A stretch of 42,271 nt of DNA from positions 139,022 through 181,292 of the forward strand of contig NW_005201327.1 of NCBI RefSeq assembly GCF_000372725.1, written 5' to 3'. This document shows positions 10,734 to 21,547 of the stretch, piece by piece. The stretch's first letter is position 1. Each line of letters starts with the position of its first letter. The DNA comes from Emiliania huxleyi CCMP1516. Its lineage: Eukaryota. The position numbers and the translations under genes are program-made. Below the pieces are notes generated by a model. That model did not search any database. It had not been told where the DNA came from and saw nothing but the letters and a program-made list of their open reading frames with translations.

Positions 10734-12285
10734 TCACGGCAGCCACGACGCGGGGAGCGAGTAGATGGAGGCGGCGGCGCACAGCGCCGTGCTGAGGGTC
10801 AACGGCAGCCCCAGCCGCGCAAAGTCGGCAAACGAGTAGCCGCCTGGCAGGGAGGCGGGGCATGTGGGCGAGGGGCGGGGCGTGCGGTGCAGGTGAGGGA
10901 ATGGGAGGTGCAGAGAGCTGGCGTCGGGCGCGGGCGCGGCGCGGCGCGGAAGGCACACCCGGCTGCAGCACCATCAGGTTGGTCTGGTAGCCGATTGGCG
11001 TCGCAAACGACGCGCTCGCGCCCATCATCATCGCCAGCATCACCTGCGCCGGGCGCAGCGCGGCGAGCCCTCCGCCGTCGTGCAGGTCCTTGAGCACGCC
11101 GTACACGAGCACGACGCACGCGGCGTTGGAGACGAGGCACGAGAGAGCAGACGTGAAGAGGAAGACCGCGCCGAGGAAGGGCAGCGGGCCTGCGTAGTGA
11201 GTACGCCAGCCTCGGGGCGCGAGGACGGTGTCGTGCAGAGTACTGAGAGCACCTCCCCAGTACGTGGGCTACGAATACAGTAGCCACTGCTCGATCAGCG
11301 CCGACGCTTGCTGGTTGGCGACACACGATCACCGTGTTTTCCGCGTCTAGGGCAGCGGGCCCAGCAGCGGCTCCAGCTCGGCGAGGAGCGCGCCTACTCC
11401 ACCTCCATTGGCTGTGAGGAGCGGCGCTGTGTCGCACCGCCACTCTCCCGCTCGAACAGATCCGCGCCGAGCATCGCCGACAAGCCTGAGCGGTCGAGGG
11501 CGGCGCCTACAGCCTCGGAGCATCTCGGCTGATCTCGGCTGCACCTCGGGGCTCGACAAGCCCTGGAGGCCGGCCGAGGGCGGCGCCGAGCCCGAACGAC
11601 GCGGCGATGGTGAGGAGCACCTGCGGCGCGAGATCGCGCGAGATCGTGCGAGGGCGTGCGAGATCGCGCGAGATCGCGCGAGATCACGCGAAAGGGCATC
11701 CGAGAGATCGCCCGGGAAGGGGAGGGGGGGCGGGGCGGCGGTGGCGAGGGGCACCCTGTGCTGGATCGCCCGGAACGCCTGCTCGACAGTAAGGCACCCC
11801 ACTCCGACGAGCAGAAACGCGGCGGCGAGCGAGAGATGCCTAAGGCAAACCAAGGTCAGGTAAGCTTCTCCACACGCACAAAGTGGACGGGGGGGCGACC
11901 CTCGAGAGGTGCCTGCGGGGCGGGAAGACGGCACTGCGCCGTGGACTCTGAGATCTAGCATCGCACGAACACGGGGGGGGGGGGGGGGGGGTGCGGAGTC
12001 TGGCGGAGTACGTCTCCTCTCGCGCGCTGGTGGGAGTGCACCAAAGCACGCACGTTCCGCTTCTAGGGAGAGGTGCAGCAGCGTGCCCGCCCCGCACCGC
12101 GACAGCGCGAGCACAGCCACAAGCGAGCCGCCCGCCACCCACTGCTTCCCGCGCACGCCCGGCTGCGGCAGCAGCGGCGGCGAGGGCGACGGCGGCGTGT
12201 CGGTCCGCGAGAAGGAAGCGACCGACGCCGACACCGCCGGCGCGTCGCCGTTAGCACCGCCGCCGCCGCCGCCGGAACCGCCGGA

Positions 12286-12350
<65 letters not shown>

Positions 12351-12483
12351 TGCCTGCGGGGGGCTCACTTCCCTTGCCCAAGCTTTGGGCGGCTGCCTGG
12401 GCCGCGTCCTTGAACGAGACGTCGTACCCCTTTCCCAACGACGCGCTTGTGGTCGACGCCCTGCATGCCTCCGGTTTGGAACC
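10734..12483 (-). CDS. SLC13/CitMHS-type (SLT/SAC1-like Na+/sulfate) transporter, C-terminal part only, multi-exon
   Basis: Motifs MMGASASFATPIGYQTNLMV.PGGYSFADFARLGLP, LSCLVSNAAC, GCLTVEQAFRAI and IAASFGLGAAL are spread over exons separated by repeat-filled introns. No N-terminal half found upstream. Confidence 0.75.
12258..12349. repeat. (GCC)n tract encoding poly-Gly in the transporter exon
   Basis: Seen directly. Confidence 0.85.
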
Positions 12484-12666
12484 CTATCGAGGCGACGACT
12501 ACGGTTACGGTCAGCGATAGGGCTAGGGTTATCGTTAGCATTAGCGTTACCGATATTCTTAGGGCTCGGGATGACGTCTAGGAATATCGCTACCGCCTCC
12601 GTCTAGCACGCGTTAACAAGCACACTCGATCAACAGTCCACAAACTCCCGGGGGATCCCCTCCTAG

Positions 12667-14748
12667 GCTCGCACCGCCGCCGTCAAGCACGCGCGGCAGG
12701 AGCGCTCGATCTCCAACGGCCAGTACTACGTCCTGCTGATCGCGTCGCTGCTGCTGCTCGCGACCGCCTCGTTCCGCGTCGCCTACCTGGCGCTGGAGGC
12801 GATCACACACGGGCTGCGCTGGAGCCGGCTGCTCTGGTCGTCGCAGCACGAGGAGTTCCGCGTCTGGACGGGGATGGTGTGCTCCGACCCGTGGCAGGCG
12901 GAGACGGTGCTTTGCCAGGCGGCGGGCGGGTCGTGGCTCGCGCGGGAGCTGATCCGGGCTAAGCTGGCCACCGCCGAGGTGCGATCTCCCCAGATCTCCC
13001 CAGATCTCCCCAGATCTCCCCATATACCCCCAGATCTCCCTGAGTAGGAGGACCATTGCGGCCTCGACGCGCGCGCGGACGGCTGCCGCTTCGCGCCGTG
13101 CGCGGAGCGAGGCCTCTCGTCGGTGCTGCTCGGGCTTGGCGGACTCGTGACCTCCCCCGCATCTCCCCCGGATCTCCCCAGATCTCCCCACATAGGTGCT
13201 GCTCGGGCTGGCGGACTCGTGGCGATCGCCGCTCATCTACCCCTTCTCTACGAGCAGCGCCTCTTCACACCTGCAGCCGTGAGCAGGCGCTCGCCGCTCA
13301 ACAACCCCTTCGACAAGCTGTACGAGCAGCGCCTCTTCACACCTGCAGCCGTGAGCAGGCGCTCGCCGCTCAACAACCCCTTCGACAAGCTCTGCGAGCA
13401 GCGCCTCTTCACACCTGCAGCCGTGAGCAGGCGCTCGCCGCTCAACAACCCCTTCGACAAGCTCTACGAGCAGCGCCTCTTCACACCTGCAGCCGTGAGC
13501 AGGCGCTCGCCGCTCAACAACCCCTTCGACAAGCTCTACGAGCAGCGCCTCTTCACACCTGCAGCCGTGAGCAGGCGCTCGCCGCTCAACAACCCCTTCG
13601 ACAAGCTCTACGAGCAGCGCCTCTTCACACCTGCAGCCGTGAGCAGGCGCTCGCCGCTCAACAACCCCTTCGACAAGCTCTACGAGCAGCGCCTCTTCAC
13701 ACCTGCAGCCGTGAGCAGGCGCTCGCCGCTCAACAACCCCTTCGACAAGCACTACGAGCAGCGCCTCTTCACACCTGCAGCCGTGAGCAGGCGCTCGCCG
13801 CTCAACAACCCCTTCGACAAGCTCTACCTCGTGCTGCGGCCGATCCGGAGGAAGATCTCCCCATCTCTCCCCACCTCTCCCCATCTCTCCACATCTCTCC
13901 ACATCTCTCCCCATCCCTCCCCATCTCTCAGGAAGAGCCGCGCGCTACTGCACTCGATCGCCGCGGGACACGTTCCGCTCTCGGAGCTCGACCGCGTCTT
14001 CCACGACTTCCCGTGGGGCGAGCGCGTCGAAGGCGACGGCGGCCGCTGGGGCACCTCCACGCTGCTCCGCTCCGGCACGGACCGGGCGAAGGCGTGGCTC
14101 TTCCACAAAGTCGTCTACCCGGCGCTGCGCGAGTGGGGCGTCGTCATCGGGGGGTCCGCCATCCCGCCGCCGCGAGAGTGCCGGGCGGGCGGGCTCGACT
14201 TGCCGCCCGCCGCGTCGGACCCCTTCTCGACGGCGGCGCAGAAGCTGTCGTCGCTGCCCGAGGCGGTGGCGACAACGGTGGGCGACACCGTCGCAGAGAT
14301 GTTCAGCTTCGCGCTCGAGGTGAGCGACTGCTCCACTAATGAGAGGTAAGCGACACGAATTCGTCCAAGAGTAAGCACCAACGTCCATCGATTCGCGCTC
14401 GAGGTGAGCGACTGGGTGACGGCGGCCGAGGCCGAGGCCGAGGAGGAGGACGCGCCAAATGCGAATACGTCGGAGAGCGAGGCGGCAGAAAGCGCGCCCC
14501 GCCGAAGGGTGATGCTGGTGCAGCGCCAGCGCTTCCGCGCGGTGCGTTGATCTCCCCGTATCTCCCCATATCTCCCCGTATCTCCCCATCTCTCCCGCGG
14601 CGTGCGCCGCCTGTCTCTGACAGCCTAACCCCCCCGACGGCCTCTCGGGCCCCTCCTGCAGGCGTGGAAGCCCGCGGCGGGCTTGTGGAGACGGGTGCGG
14701 CGCCGGCGCGAGCGGGCGGGCGCCGCGGCGGCTGAAGAGGAGCGGTGA
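12667..14748 (+). CDS. Hypothetical multi-exon membrane-anchored protein, 5' end not identified
   Basis: A continuous reading frame results after removing introns 12979-13047, 13123-13195, 13222-13790, 13851-13931, 14320-14403 and ~14542-14661. Contains hydrophobic YYVLLIASLLLLATASF. No recognisable domain. Confidence 0.55.
13249..13824 (+). repeat. Tandem array of 8 x 72 bp (35-nt cassette + 37-nt exon copy)
   Basis: Units start at 13249, 13321, 13393, 13465, 13537, 13609, 13681 and 13753 and are nearly identical. Confidence 0.95.
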
Positions 14749-15071
14749 GTGCGAGAACTCTTCGTGGCTCTCTTTTGCACGAGGTCTTTCGGGCCTCGGT
14801 CTCACGTCTCTCCTTGGTACACTCTGAAGATGGGACGAGGAACACAAACGCTGCTGCAGTGGCTGCACAAGGTTTCGCAGTAGCCACAATGCATAGAGTT
14901 CTGTTCACATCCATCCATCCACTACCACTGTACCATTGTGTACCAAACACACGCACGTGTACGGCGCAAGCAACGAGGTCGCAGCAGTTGCCAGCAACAC
15001 GAGCTCACTCACGAGTGAGCTGGCGGCAAGGGTGGCCGCACGCCCGCACGCGTCGTAGCCGGAGAGCGGTT

Positions 15072-17177
15072 TCACTGCTCGCCGTCGGTCACCGCATCCT
15101 CCAGCACAATCACCGCGATCTCATCGCCGTCCTTCATGCGGGTCGCGCGCGGCGACCAGTCGCCCTTGAGCCGCTCGCCCTTGTAGAAGAAGCGGACCTT
15201 TGAAGGGCGGAGGCCCCGCTCTTCGCAGACGGTGCTCATGAGCTCCGACAGCGGCGATAGCTTGCGCGTCTGTTGCAGAGAGAGGGAGATAAGTAAGGGG
15301 AACGCGACGCTCGTCACACGGAGAGGGGATCGCGTGCGTGCAGTGCGCGCCTTCACGTCGATTGTGATGCCGTCCTGCAAAATCACCGAGAGGTCGATCG
15401 GCGGGCCCGGCAAGCCCGCTATCGCAAGCTGCTCCATCTCGCGGGCCTCCTCCTGCCAGGACTGTTCTAATGATTGTTGCTCGGTCCGCCTGGCCGCCGC
15501 CTCTTCCGGGGTCGGCGGGGTCCGCAGGCGATTCATGCGCTCCTCCCACGCCGCCTCCTGCGCCTCTTCGCGGATCTTCGCCCGCCGCTGCCACTCTGGG
15601 TCGTTGTCGCGCACGTTGCAGCGCGTGATGCTCTTCGAGTCGCCGGCGCCGTCGAGCAGGTCGTCGTACGAGAGGCGGGCGCCAAAGCCGTCGAGGTCGA
15701 CGGCGAGCGCCGCGAGGCTGCTGCGGTCGGACGCGAGCAGCAGCTCCTCCACGTCGTGCCGGATGGAGGGGTGGCACTCGCACGTGCCGTCGGAGCAGTC
15801 CTCCGGGTACGTCTTGAAGTACCGGCTGTTGCAGGGCTTGACGAAGTGGTTGAGATTGAGCTCGTACTGCTTGTCGATGAAGTCCTCGGGGCACTTGGCG
15901 CAGACCTCGACTCTGTCCTCCGCTCGGCCGGCGATGCCGAAGTCGGACGGGAGCTCCGGGTCGAGGAAGTCGGACGAGCCGAAGGAGCGGGTGAGCGCGA
16001 CGAGGTCGTCGGCCGTCACGCCCCAGTCCGTGTTGGTCTCCACAAACTTCTTGTAGCTGCTCGTGTCCACCAACGAGTCGGTCCCGTTGATGGAGACGCG
16101 AGACGGCATATAGTAGTCGTAATAGACGTCGCCGTTGCCGCGCTCTCGCCGCACCGGCTCTGGCGGCGGATGGCGCATGTGGAACTCGGCCTTGCCGATC
16201 GCGTTGAGCCGCTTGAAGTCGGAGAAGCGCTGCAGCCGGACGAGGGAGTTGAGGTAGTGCGTCCACGCATTGTGCATGCCCTCGAAGAGCGCGCGGGGCG
16301 TGTACTTGTCGTAGCACGGGTTGTAGCTCTGTCCCTCGACCCTCTCCGGCGCCGGGTACTCCTCGCAGATCTCCTTGCAGAAGTCGTACACGGACTCGCC
16401 CCAGCCCGACATCTCGGCCAGCACGGCCACGAGCGCGCCCACCATCGAAGCATCGATGCCGCATGCGCGTGCCGTCTCCTCGCAGAGCGCCGTCGGCGGG
16501 CGGAGGAGGCAGTCGCCCGAGAGGATGCGCCAGCTGACGCCGAAGATGGCCGCCGCCTCGGTAGCGCCGGGGAGGAGGACGGCAAGGTTTGCCGTCCAGT
16601 TCATGTCGCAGATGCAGTCGTGCGCGCAGCACCCCTTGTTCATCGTCGACTGGATCTCGTACGCGAAGGTGAAGATGACGGGGCCATCGGCCGACTCGAT
16701 GGAGTACACGTGGCACTCCTGGCCGACTTTCTTGCAGTGGTGCATGGCGCAGCCCAGCGGCACGATCCGCGAGAGGAAAGGTGGCACGGCGTCGAGCCCG
16801 GGGATGCGGAGTGCGAGCGCCCGCGCCACCGCGTCCTGGTAGCGCTGCCTCGACTCGGCCATGAACTCGCGGCGACGGAGCGGGTAGAGGTAATTGATGG
16901 TCGGCTCGTAGTCGAAATTGGCGGAGCCATCCGGATTTGTGCGCCAGCAATCCTTGTTGCAGCCGAGCTCGGGGTCGGTGACGATCTGCCGCTGGCTCCC
17001 CGCCAGCGGCTGCATCGAGTGCCGGCTCATGAGCGCTGCCAACTCGTCCTGTGCGAGTGGGCAGCCGCTCCGGAGCGCGAGCGTCAGCCTCGCCATGTCC
17101 GCTTGCGACGGAAGCATGCACGCGATGAACTCGAAGAGCGATCGCTCGCCAAAGACAGGCTCGATGAAAGCGTCCAT
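15072..17177 (-). CDS. Hypothetical Cys-rich protein with C-terminal SUMO-like (Rad60-SLD-type) ubiquitin-fold domain
   Basis: After removing an in-frame GC-AG intron at 15270-15350, the C-terminus reads IDVK-TRKLSPLSELMSTVCEERGLRPSKVRFFYKGERLKGDWSPRATRMKDGDEIAV, which matches the SUMO pattern. Long open frame. Confidence 0.7.
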   Translation of the reverse strand: MDAFIEPVFGERSLFEFIACMLPSQADMARLTLALRSGCPLAQDELAALMSRHSMQPLAGSQRQIVTDPELGCNKDCWRTNPDGSANFDYEPTINYLYPLRRREFMAESRQRYQDAVARALALRIPGLDAVPPFLSRIVPLGCAMHHCKKVGQECHVYSIESADGPVIFTFAYEIQSTMNKGCCAHDCICDMNWTANLAVLLPGATEAAAIFGVSWRILSGDCLLRPPTALCEETARACGIDASMVGALVAVLAEMSGWGESVYDFCKEICEEYPAPERVEGQSYNPCYDKYTPRALFEGMHNAWTHYLNSLVRLQRFSDFKRLNAIGKAEFHMRHPPPEPVRRERGNGDVYYDYYMPSRVSINGTDSLVDTSSYKKFVETNTDWGVTADDLVALTRSFGSSDFLDPELPSDFGIAGRAEDRVEVCAKCPEDFIDKQYELNLNHFVKPCNSRYFKTYPEDCSDGTCECHPSIRHDVEELLLASDRSSLAALAVDLDGFGARLSYDDLLDGAGDSKSITRCNVRDNDPEWQRRAKIREEAQEAAWEERMNRLRTPPTPEEAAARRTEQQSLEQSWQEEAREMEQLAIAGLPGPPIDLSVILQDGITIDVKARTARTRSPLRVTSVAFPLLISLSLQQTRKLSPLSELMSTVCEERGLRPSKVRFFYKGERLKGDWSPRATRMKDGDEIAVIVLEDAVTDGEQ

Positions 17178-17597
17178 CGGGTCTGCCGCGAAGGCTTGAC
17201 GGAGGAAAGGCTCGACGAAGAGGTCGATTAGTCGATGCAATCTACAGATGAGGCTGTGCCTTGGCTCATTCGCGGCTGGACTTCGTTTTTTTTATGAGCT
17301 TAGCCTTCGATGTAATGAACAAACGCAAGGTTCCCCTGCGTCACTACGTGCCTCCCCGTCTTTGTAGCCTGGCGTTTGTGCCCCGTTCGTGCCGCGTCCC
17401 GTGCCCCCGAGTTCATTTTAATAAACAAACGCAAGGCGGACATGGCATATCGCTCTCGGGCCCACAGACATCCCGCACACCCGCCGCCACCCGCGCGCGC
17501 CCCGCCCCACCTCGGCCGGGAGAAAGGGGAGTGACAGTTTGGGATGAAAGCCCGAGTATGTTGAGTCCTGGCTCAACAACGCAGGGAACAAGAGGGG

Positions 17598-18677
17598 GTG
17601 GTCCGGCTCACAGGTCCGGCTACGATCAGGGGGACAGGTGGGGCTCTCCTGCTCCTGACAGGGGACACGACAGGCTCGCGGCGCATTCTGGAGGAGGAAT
17701 TCCCCGGCGGCGCGGCGCCGGCGGAGGGGGAGGAGAGCGGCGCCGTGTCGCCCGATTGTTCCCGAGAGGTCCACGTAGCCTCCCTTTTCGAAGGTGAGGC
17801 CTCCATGACCGCCCGCATTGAGCCGCGCGACCTCGAGTCGCGCGCAGCAGGCGCTCAGGATTCTTCTTTTCCTAGTGCCGACCATCCGGAACATGAAAGC
17901 TGGCGGCGCCGCGGCGGGGCGGCGTGGTGGTGGGCGCATTGGGCGCAGCAGAACGTCGGGCAGTGGCTCGACGTCGTCGAGCCGTGCTGCCTCTGCGGGC
18001 GGCCCGGGTCGGCGGGCGAGTTGTGGCGGGCGGGCGCGTGGCGGTGGGCTAACTCGACAGGCCGCTGCGCGGCGCCCTATCTCGCCACCACTGACGATCG
18101 GTGGGAGGTGCCTGGCCTGCGCCAGGCATACGTCGCGCATGGCATGTGCGGCGGGCTCTGCCAAGGATGGGGCTGCTGCGAGGCGCGGGGCGTGGCGCAG
18201 CCGCAGGATGGGAGCGGCGAGGCGCGAGGCGAGGGCGAGGGCGAGGGCGAGTTGAGCTCGGATGGCGACTCGGACGGGGGGGAGGAGGGCGTGGACTGGC
18301 TTGCGGGAGACCCTGCGTGGGGCTCGGCGGCCCTGGAGGACGAGTGGCGCGCCGCGTCTCTCGCGAGGCAGGCGGTAGGCGACGCGGCGTACGCCGCGGC
18401 GCATGCTGCTGGCGCTTCGCGGGCTGAGGCGTGCGACGCCGCCGTGAGGGCGGTGAGGGTGGACGAGGTTGAGGCTCAGTCCTCGTTCCTCGTGCGCGCG
18501 GGGTGGTACGGCTCCGGCCGTGATGGGGGCGGGGAGGGGGCGGGGGCGACGGCCGCACGGAACCGCCGCCGGCGGGGGGCGAGGGCGCGGGCGAAGGAGG
18601 AGGAGCCAGAGCCCGGGGAGGATTGGGAGGGGGAGGAGCGGCCGGAGGAGTACGCCGGCCTCTTTGACGACCCGTAA
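17598..18677 (+). CDS. Hypothetical protein (Cys/His cluster, acidic tail)
   Basis: 359-aa ORF with CCLCG...HGMCGGLC...CC motifs. No family recognised; start uncertain. Confidence 0.35.
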   Translation: MVRLTGPATIRGTGGALLLLTGDTTGSRRILEEEFPGGAAPAEGEESGAVSPDCSREVHVASLFEGEASMTARIEPRDLESRAAGAQDSSFPSADHPEHESWRRRGGAAWWWAHWAQQNVGQWLDVVEPCCLCGRPGSAGELWRAGAWRWANSTGRCAAPYLATTDDRWEVPGLRQAYVAHGMCGGLCQGWGCCEARGVAQPQDGSGEARGEGEGEGELSSDGDSDGGEEGVDWLAGDPAWGSAALEDEWRAASLARQAVGDAAYAAAHAAGASRAEACDAAVRAVRVDEVEAQSSFLVRAGWYGSGRDGGGEGAGATAARNRRRRGARARAKEEEPEPGEDWEGEERPEEYAGLFDDP

Positions 18678-18780
18678 GGGGCCGTCGCCTGCTGTGCCAT
18701 TTGTAGTGCCAGTCCGAGCCAGTCTGCTGTGAGGCATTGTTGTAAAATTCTTTGGCCTTGGTTTTCTTCTTTCTGGCGGC

Positions 18781-20919
18781 ATGAGGGGCGCCCTCCTCCC
18801 AACCCAGCTCGCCGACCTGGCTCGGGGCGACCTGGCCTGGCTGCGCGCCTTCCTCTCCGGGCGGCGGACGCGCGGCACGTCGCTCGCGGCCCAGCTCGAC
18901 GCGCGGCACGACACCGAGAAGCAGGACACGCTGCTGACCTGGGCCGCTCGGCACGGGCAGGCCGAGGCGGTGCGGCTGCTGCTCGAAGGCGGCGCGAGCG
19001 TGGGGGTGACGACTGGCGGCGGCGCTTCCGCGCTATCCATCGCGTGCTACAAGGGCCACGTCGAGTGCGCCCGGCTGCTCCTCGAGGCTGGCGCGGCGAC
19101 CGACCAAGCAGACTCCAGAGGCGTCACGCCGCTGTACATCGCGAATTTGACCGGCCAGCTCGAGATCGCGCGGCTGCTCGTCGAGGCCAACGCGGCGGTC
19201 AACCAAGCAGACGCCAGAGGCTTCACGCCGCTGTACGTCGCGAGCCTGAAGGGCCATGACCAGTGCGCCCGGCTGCTCGTCGAGGCTGGCGCGGCGGTGG
19301 CTCATGCAAACGCTGAAGGCTTCACGCCGCTGTACGTCGCGTGCTACAAGGGCCACCTCGAGATCGCCCGGCTGCTGCGCGACGCTGGCGCTGACATCAA
19401 CCAGGCCCAGGAGAGCGGCGCCACGCCGCTGTTCATCGCGTGCGAGAACGGCCAGCTCGAGTGCGCCCAGCTGCTGCGCAATGCTGGCGCGGCCATCAAC
19501 CAAGCCAACCAGAACGGCGCCACGCCGCTGTGCATCGCGAGCCAGAACAACCACGTCGAGATCGCCCGGCTGCTTCTCGAGGCTGGCGCAGCGATCGACC
19601 AGGCCTGCGGCAACGGCGTCACGCCGCTGTTCATCGCGTGCCAGAAGGGCCACCCCGAGGTCGCCCGGCTGCTGCGCGACGCTGGCGCTGACATCAACCA
19701 AGCGATGAACGGCGGCGCCACGCCGCTGTTCATGGCGTGCCAGGGGGGCCAGCTCGAGTGCGTTCGGCTGCTCCTCGAGGCTGGCGCGGCGACCGACCAA
19801 GCGGATTCTGAAGGCCGCACGCCGCTGTACATGGCGTGCCAGAAGGGCCACCTCGAGATCGCGCGGCTGCTCGTCGAGGCTGGCGCGACGACTGACCAAG
19901 TGGATTGTGAAGGCTGCACGCCGCTGTTCATGGCGAGCCAGGATGGCCACCTCGAGTGCGCCCGGCTGCTCCTCGAGGCTGGTGCGGCGTTGGCTCATGC
20001 AGACGCTGAAGGCTTCACGCCGCTGATCATCGCGAGCCAGAACGGCCACCTCGAGGTCGCCCGGCTGCTGCGCGACGCTGGCGCGGCGGTCAACCAAGCG
20101 ATGAACTGCGGTACCACGCCGCTGCTCATGGCGAGCCAGGAGGGCCAGCTCGAGTGCGTTCGGCTGCTTCTCGAGGCTGGCGCGGCGATCGACCAGGCCG
20201 ATGAGGAAGGCGCCACGCCGCTGTTCGCGGCGTGCGAGGACGGCCACCTGGAGGTCGCCCGGCTGCTGCGCGACGCTGGCGCTGGCATCAACCAAGCGAT
20301 GAATTGCGGTACCACGCCGCTGTACATCGCGAGCCAGGAGGGCCAGCTCGAGTGCGTCCGGCTGCTCCTCGAGGCCGGCGCAGCGATCGACCAAGCCAAG
20401 CAGAACGGTGCCACGCCGCTGTTCATGGCGTGCTTAAACGGCCACCTCGACGTCGGCAAGCTCCTCTCCTCCTACGGCGCCTCCCGCGCCGCTACGCCCT
20501 TCGGCACGCCCGAGGAGGCCGCAAACCGCCAAGGCCACGCCGACCTCGCCGCCTGGCTGGTCGCCAGCCGCGGCTGGACGCCGCTCGCGCACCTTGAGAC
20601 CCTCACCGCCGCCCGCGCCACCGCCCTCCTGCGCAGCGGCGCGAGCTTGCACGAGGGCGAGCCGACGCCGCTGCGGCGCGCCGCGGGCGGCGAGGGCGAG
20701 GCGGCGGCGCTGATCCGGCGGGCGGCGGCGCCGTGGTCGTCGGCAAGCCACTCGCTCTTCCCCGCGGCGGCGCGCGCGCGGGCGGCGCTCCTCGTCCGCT
20801 CGATCTACGAGATCCACGAGCGGTACCACCTCGACTCGGCGGGAGCCACGAACGGCATCGCGGCGCTCGACTTTGGCCACTGCGTCTTGGGCTTCGCGAT
20901 CACGCGCGAGACGCAGTAA
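18781..20919 (+). CDS. Ankyrin-repeat protein (about 16-17 tandem 33-aa repeats), intronless
   Basis: Regular G.TPL..A...G.LE..RLLLEAGA...QA units with 99-bp periodicity. Confidence 0.93.
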   Translation: MRGALLPTQLADLARGDLAWLRAFLSGRRTRGTSLAAQLDARHDTEKQDTLLTWAARHGQAEAVRLLLEGGASVGVTTGGGASALSIACYKGHVECARLLLEAGAATDQADSRGVTPLYIANLTGQLEIARLLVEANAAVNQADARGFTPLYVASLKGHDQCARLLVEAGAAVAHANAEGFTPLYVACYKGHLEIARLLRDAGADINQAQESGATPLFIACENGQLECAQLLRNAGAAINQANQNGATPLCIASQNNHVEIARLLLEAGAAIDQACGNGVTPLFIACQKGHPEVARLLRDAGADINQAMNGGATPLFMACQGGQLECVRLLLEAGAATDQADSEGRTPLYMACQKGHLEIARLLVEAGATTDQVDCEGCTPLFMASQDGHLECARLLLEAGAALAHADAEGFTPLIIASQNGHLEVARLLRDAGAAVNQAMNCGTTPLLMASQEGQLECVRLLLEAGAAIDQADEEGATPLFAACEDGHLEVARLLRDAGAGINQAMNCGTTPLYIASQEGQLECVRLLLEAGAAIDQAKQNGATPLFMACLNGHLDVGKLLSSYGASRAATPFGTPEEAANRQGHADLAAWLVASRGWTPLAHLETLTAARATALLRSGASLHEGEPTPLRRAAGGEGEAAALIRRAAAPWSSASHSLFPAAARARAALLVRSIYEIHERYHLDSAGATNGIAALDFGHCVLGFAITRETQ

Positions 20920-21547
20920 GAGGGGCCTGCTTTCGCGCGCGGCGCGGCACTCGGCGCTGGCTGCGATTTCGGTTATGCTCGCGCGTGCCGAGACGTGGTT
21001 GTGACAATGTGTGCGCGGGTTGTGACTGGGAGGAAGGCAGTGGGGTGCAGGTCTGCTCACCCACGTTGCACTGGACCTGTTGCCGTGGGCCTCCTGCCCG
21101 TGTTCGGGCGTGGAGATGCGAGGCTCGCCTTTACCTTGCTTGCCCACCACTTGTTCTGCCCTTTAAGCTCCTTTACCGGGGACGCAAAAACGCAACGTGC
21201 CCTCCTCCTTGGCACTAGAATTTTACAACAAAACTCCCTCGCACGACACTGGGGGCACGGACGGGAGTTTCGGGAGACTCGGGACTAGAGCCGTAGAATA
21301 GTATGCACATACGGCTTTAATCTGGCGCACAGTAGAATTATGCACAGATTTTTTCAGAATCTGGCGCACACAGTTTGTCATTTGGAGTCATGGGATACAT
21401 ACACAACGAAATAATCACCGACGAACGGAGAGAGAGACAGACAGAGAGTCGTCCGCGGAGCACTCATAAATCACCACGTGTGCCGCGTCGAACGACGACA
21501 GTGGCTCCGTTGCGGCTTGCAGCTGTAACTGAGCCAGAAACACTTTT

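Noticed and set aside
13249..13824. CRISPR-like array (35-nt palindromic unit alternating with 37-nt segments)
   Set aside because: The intervening segments are near-identical copies of host exon rather than unique spacers, there are no cas genes, and the context is eukaryotic.
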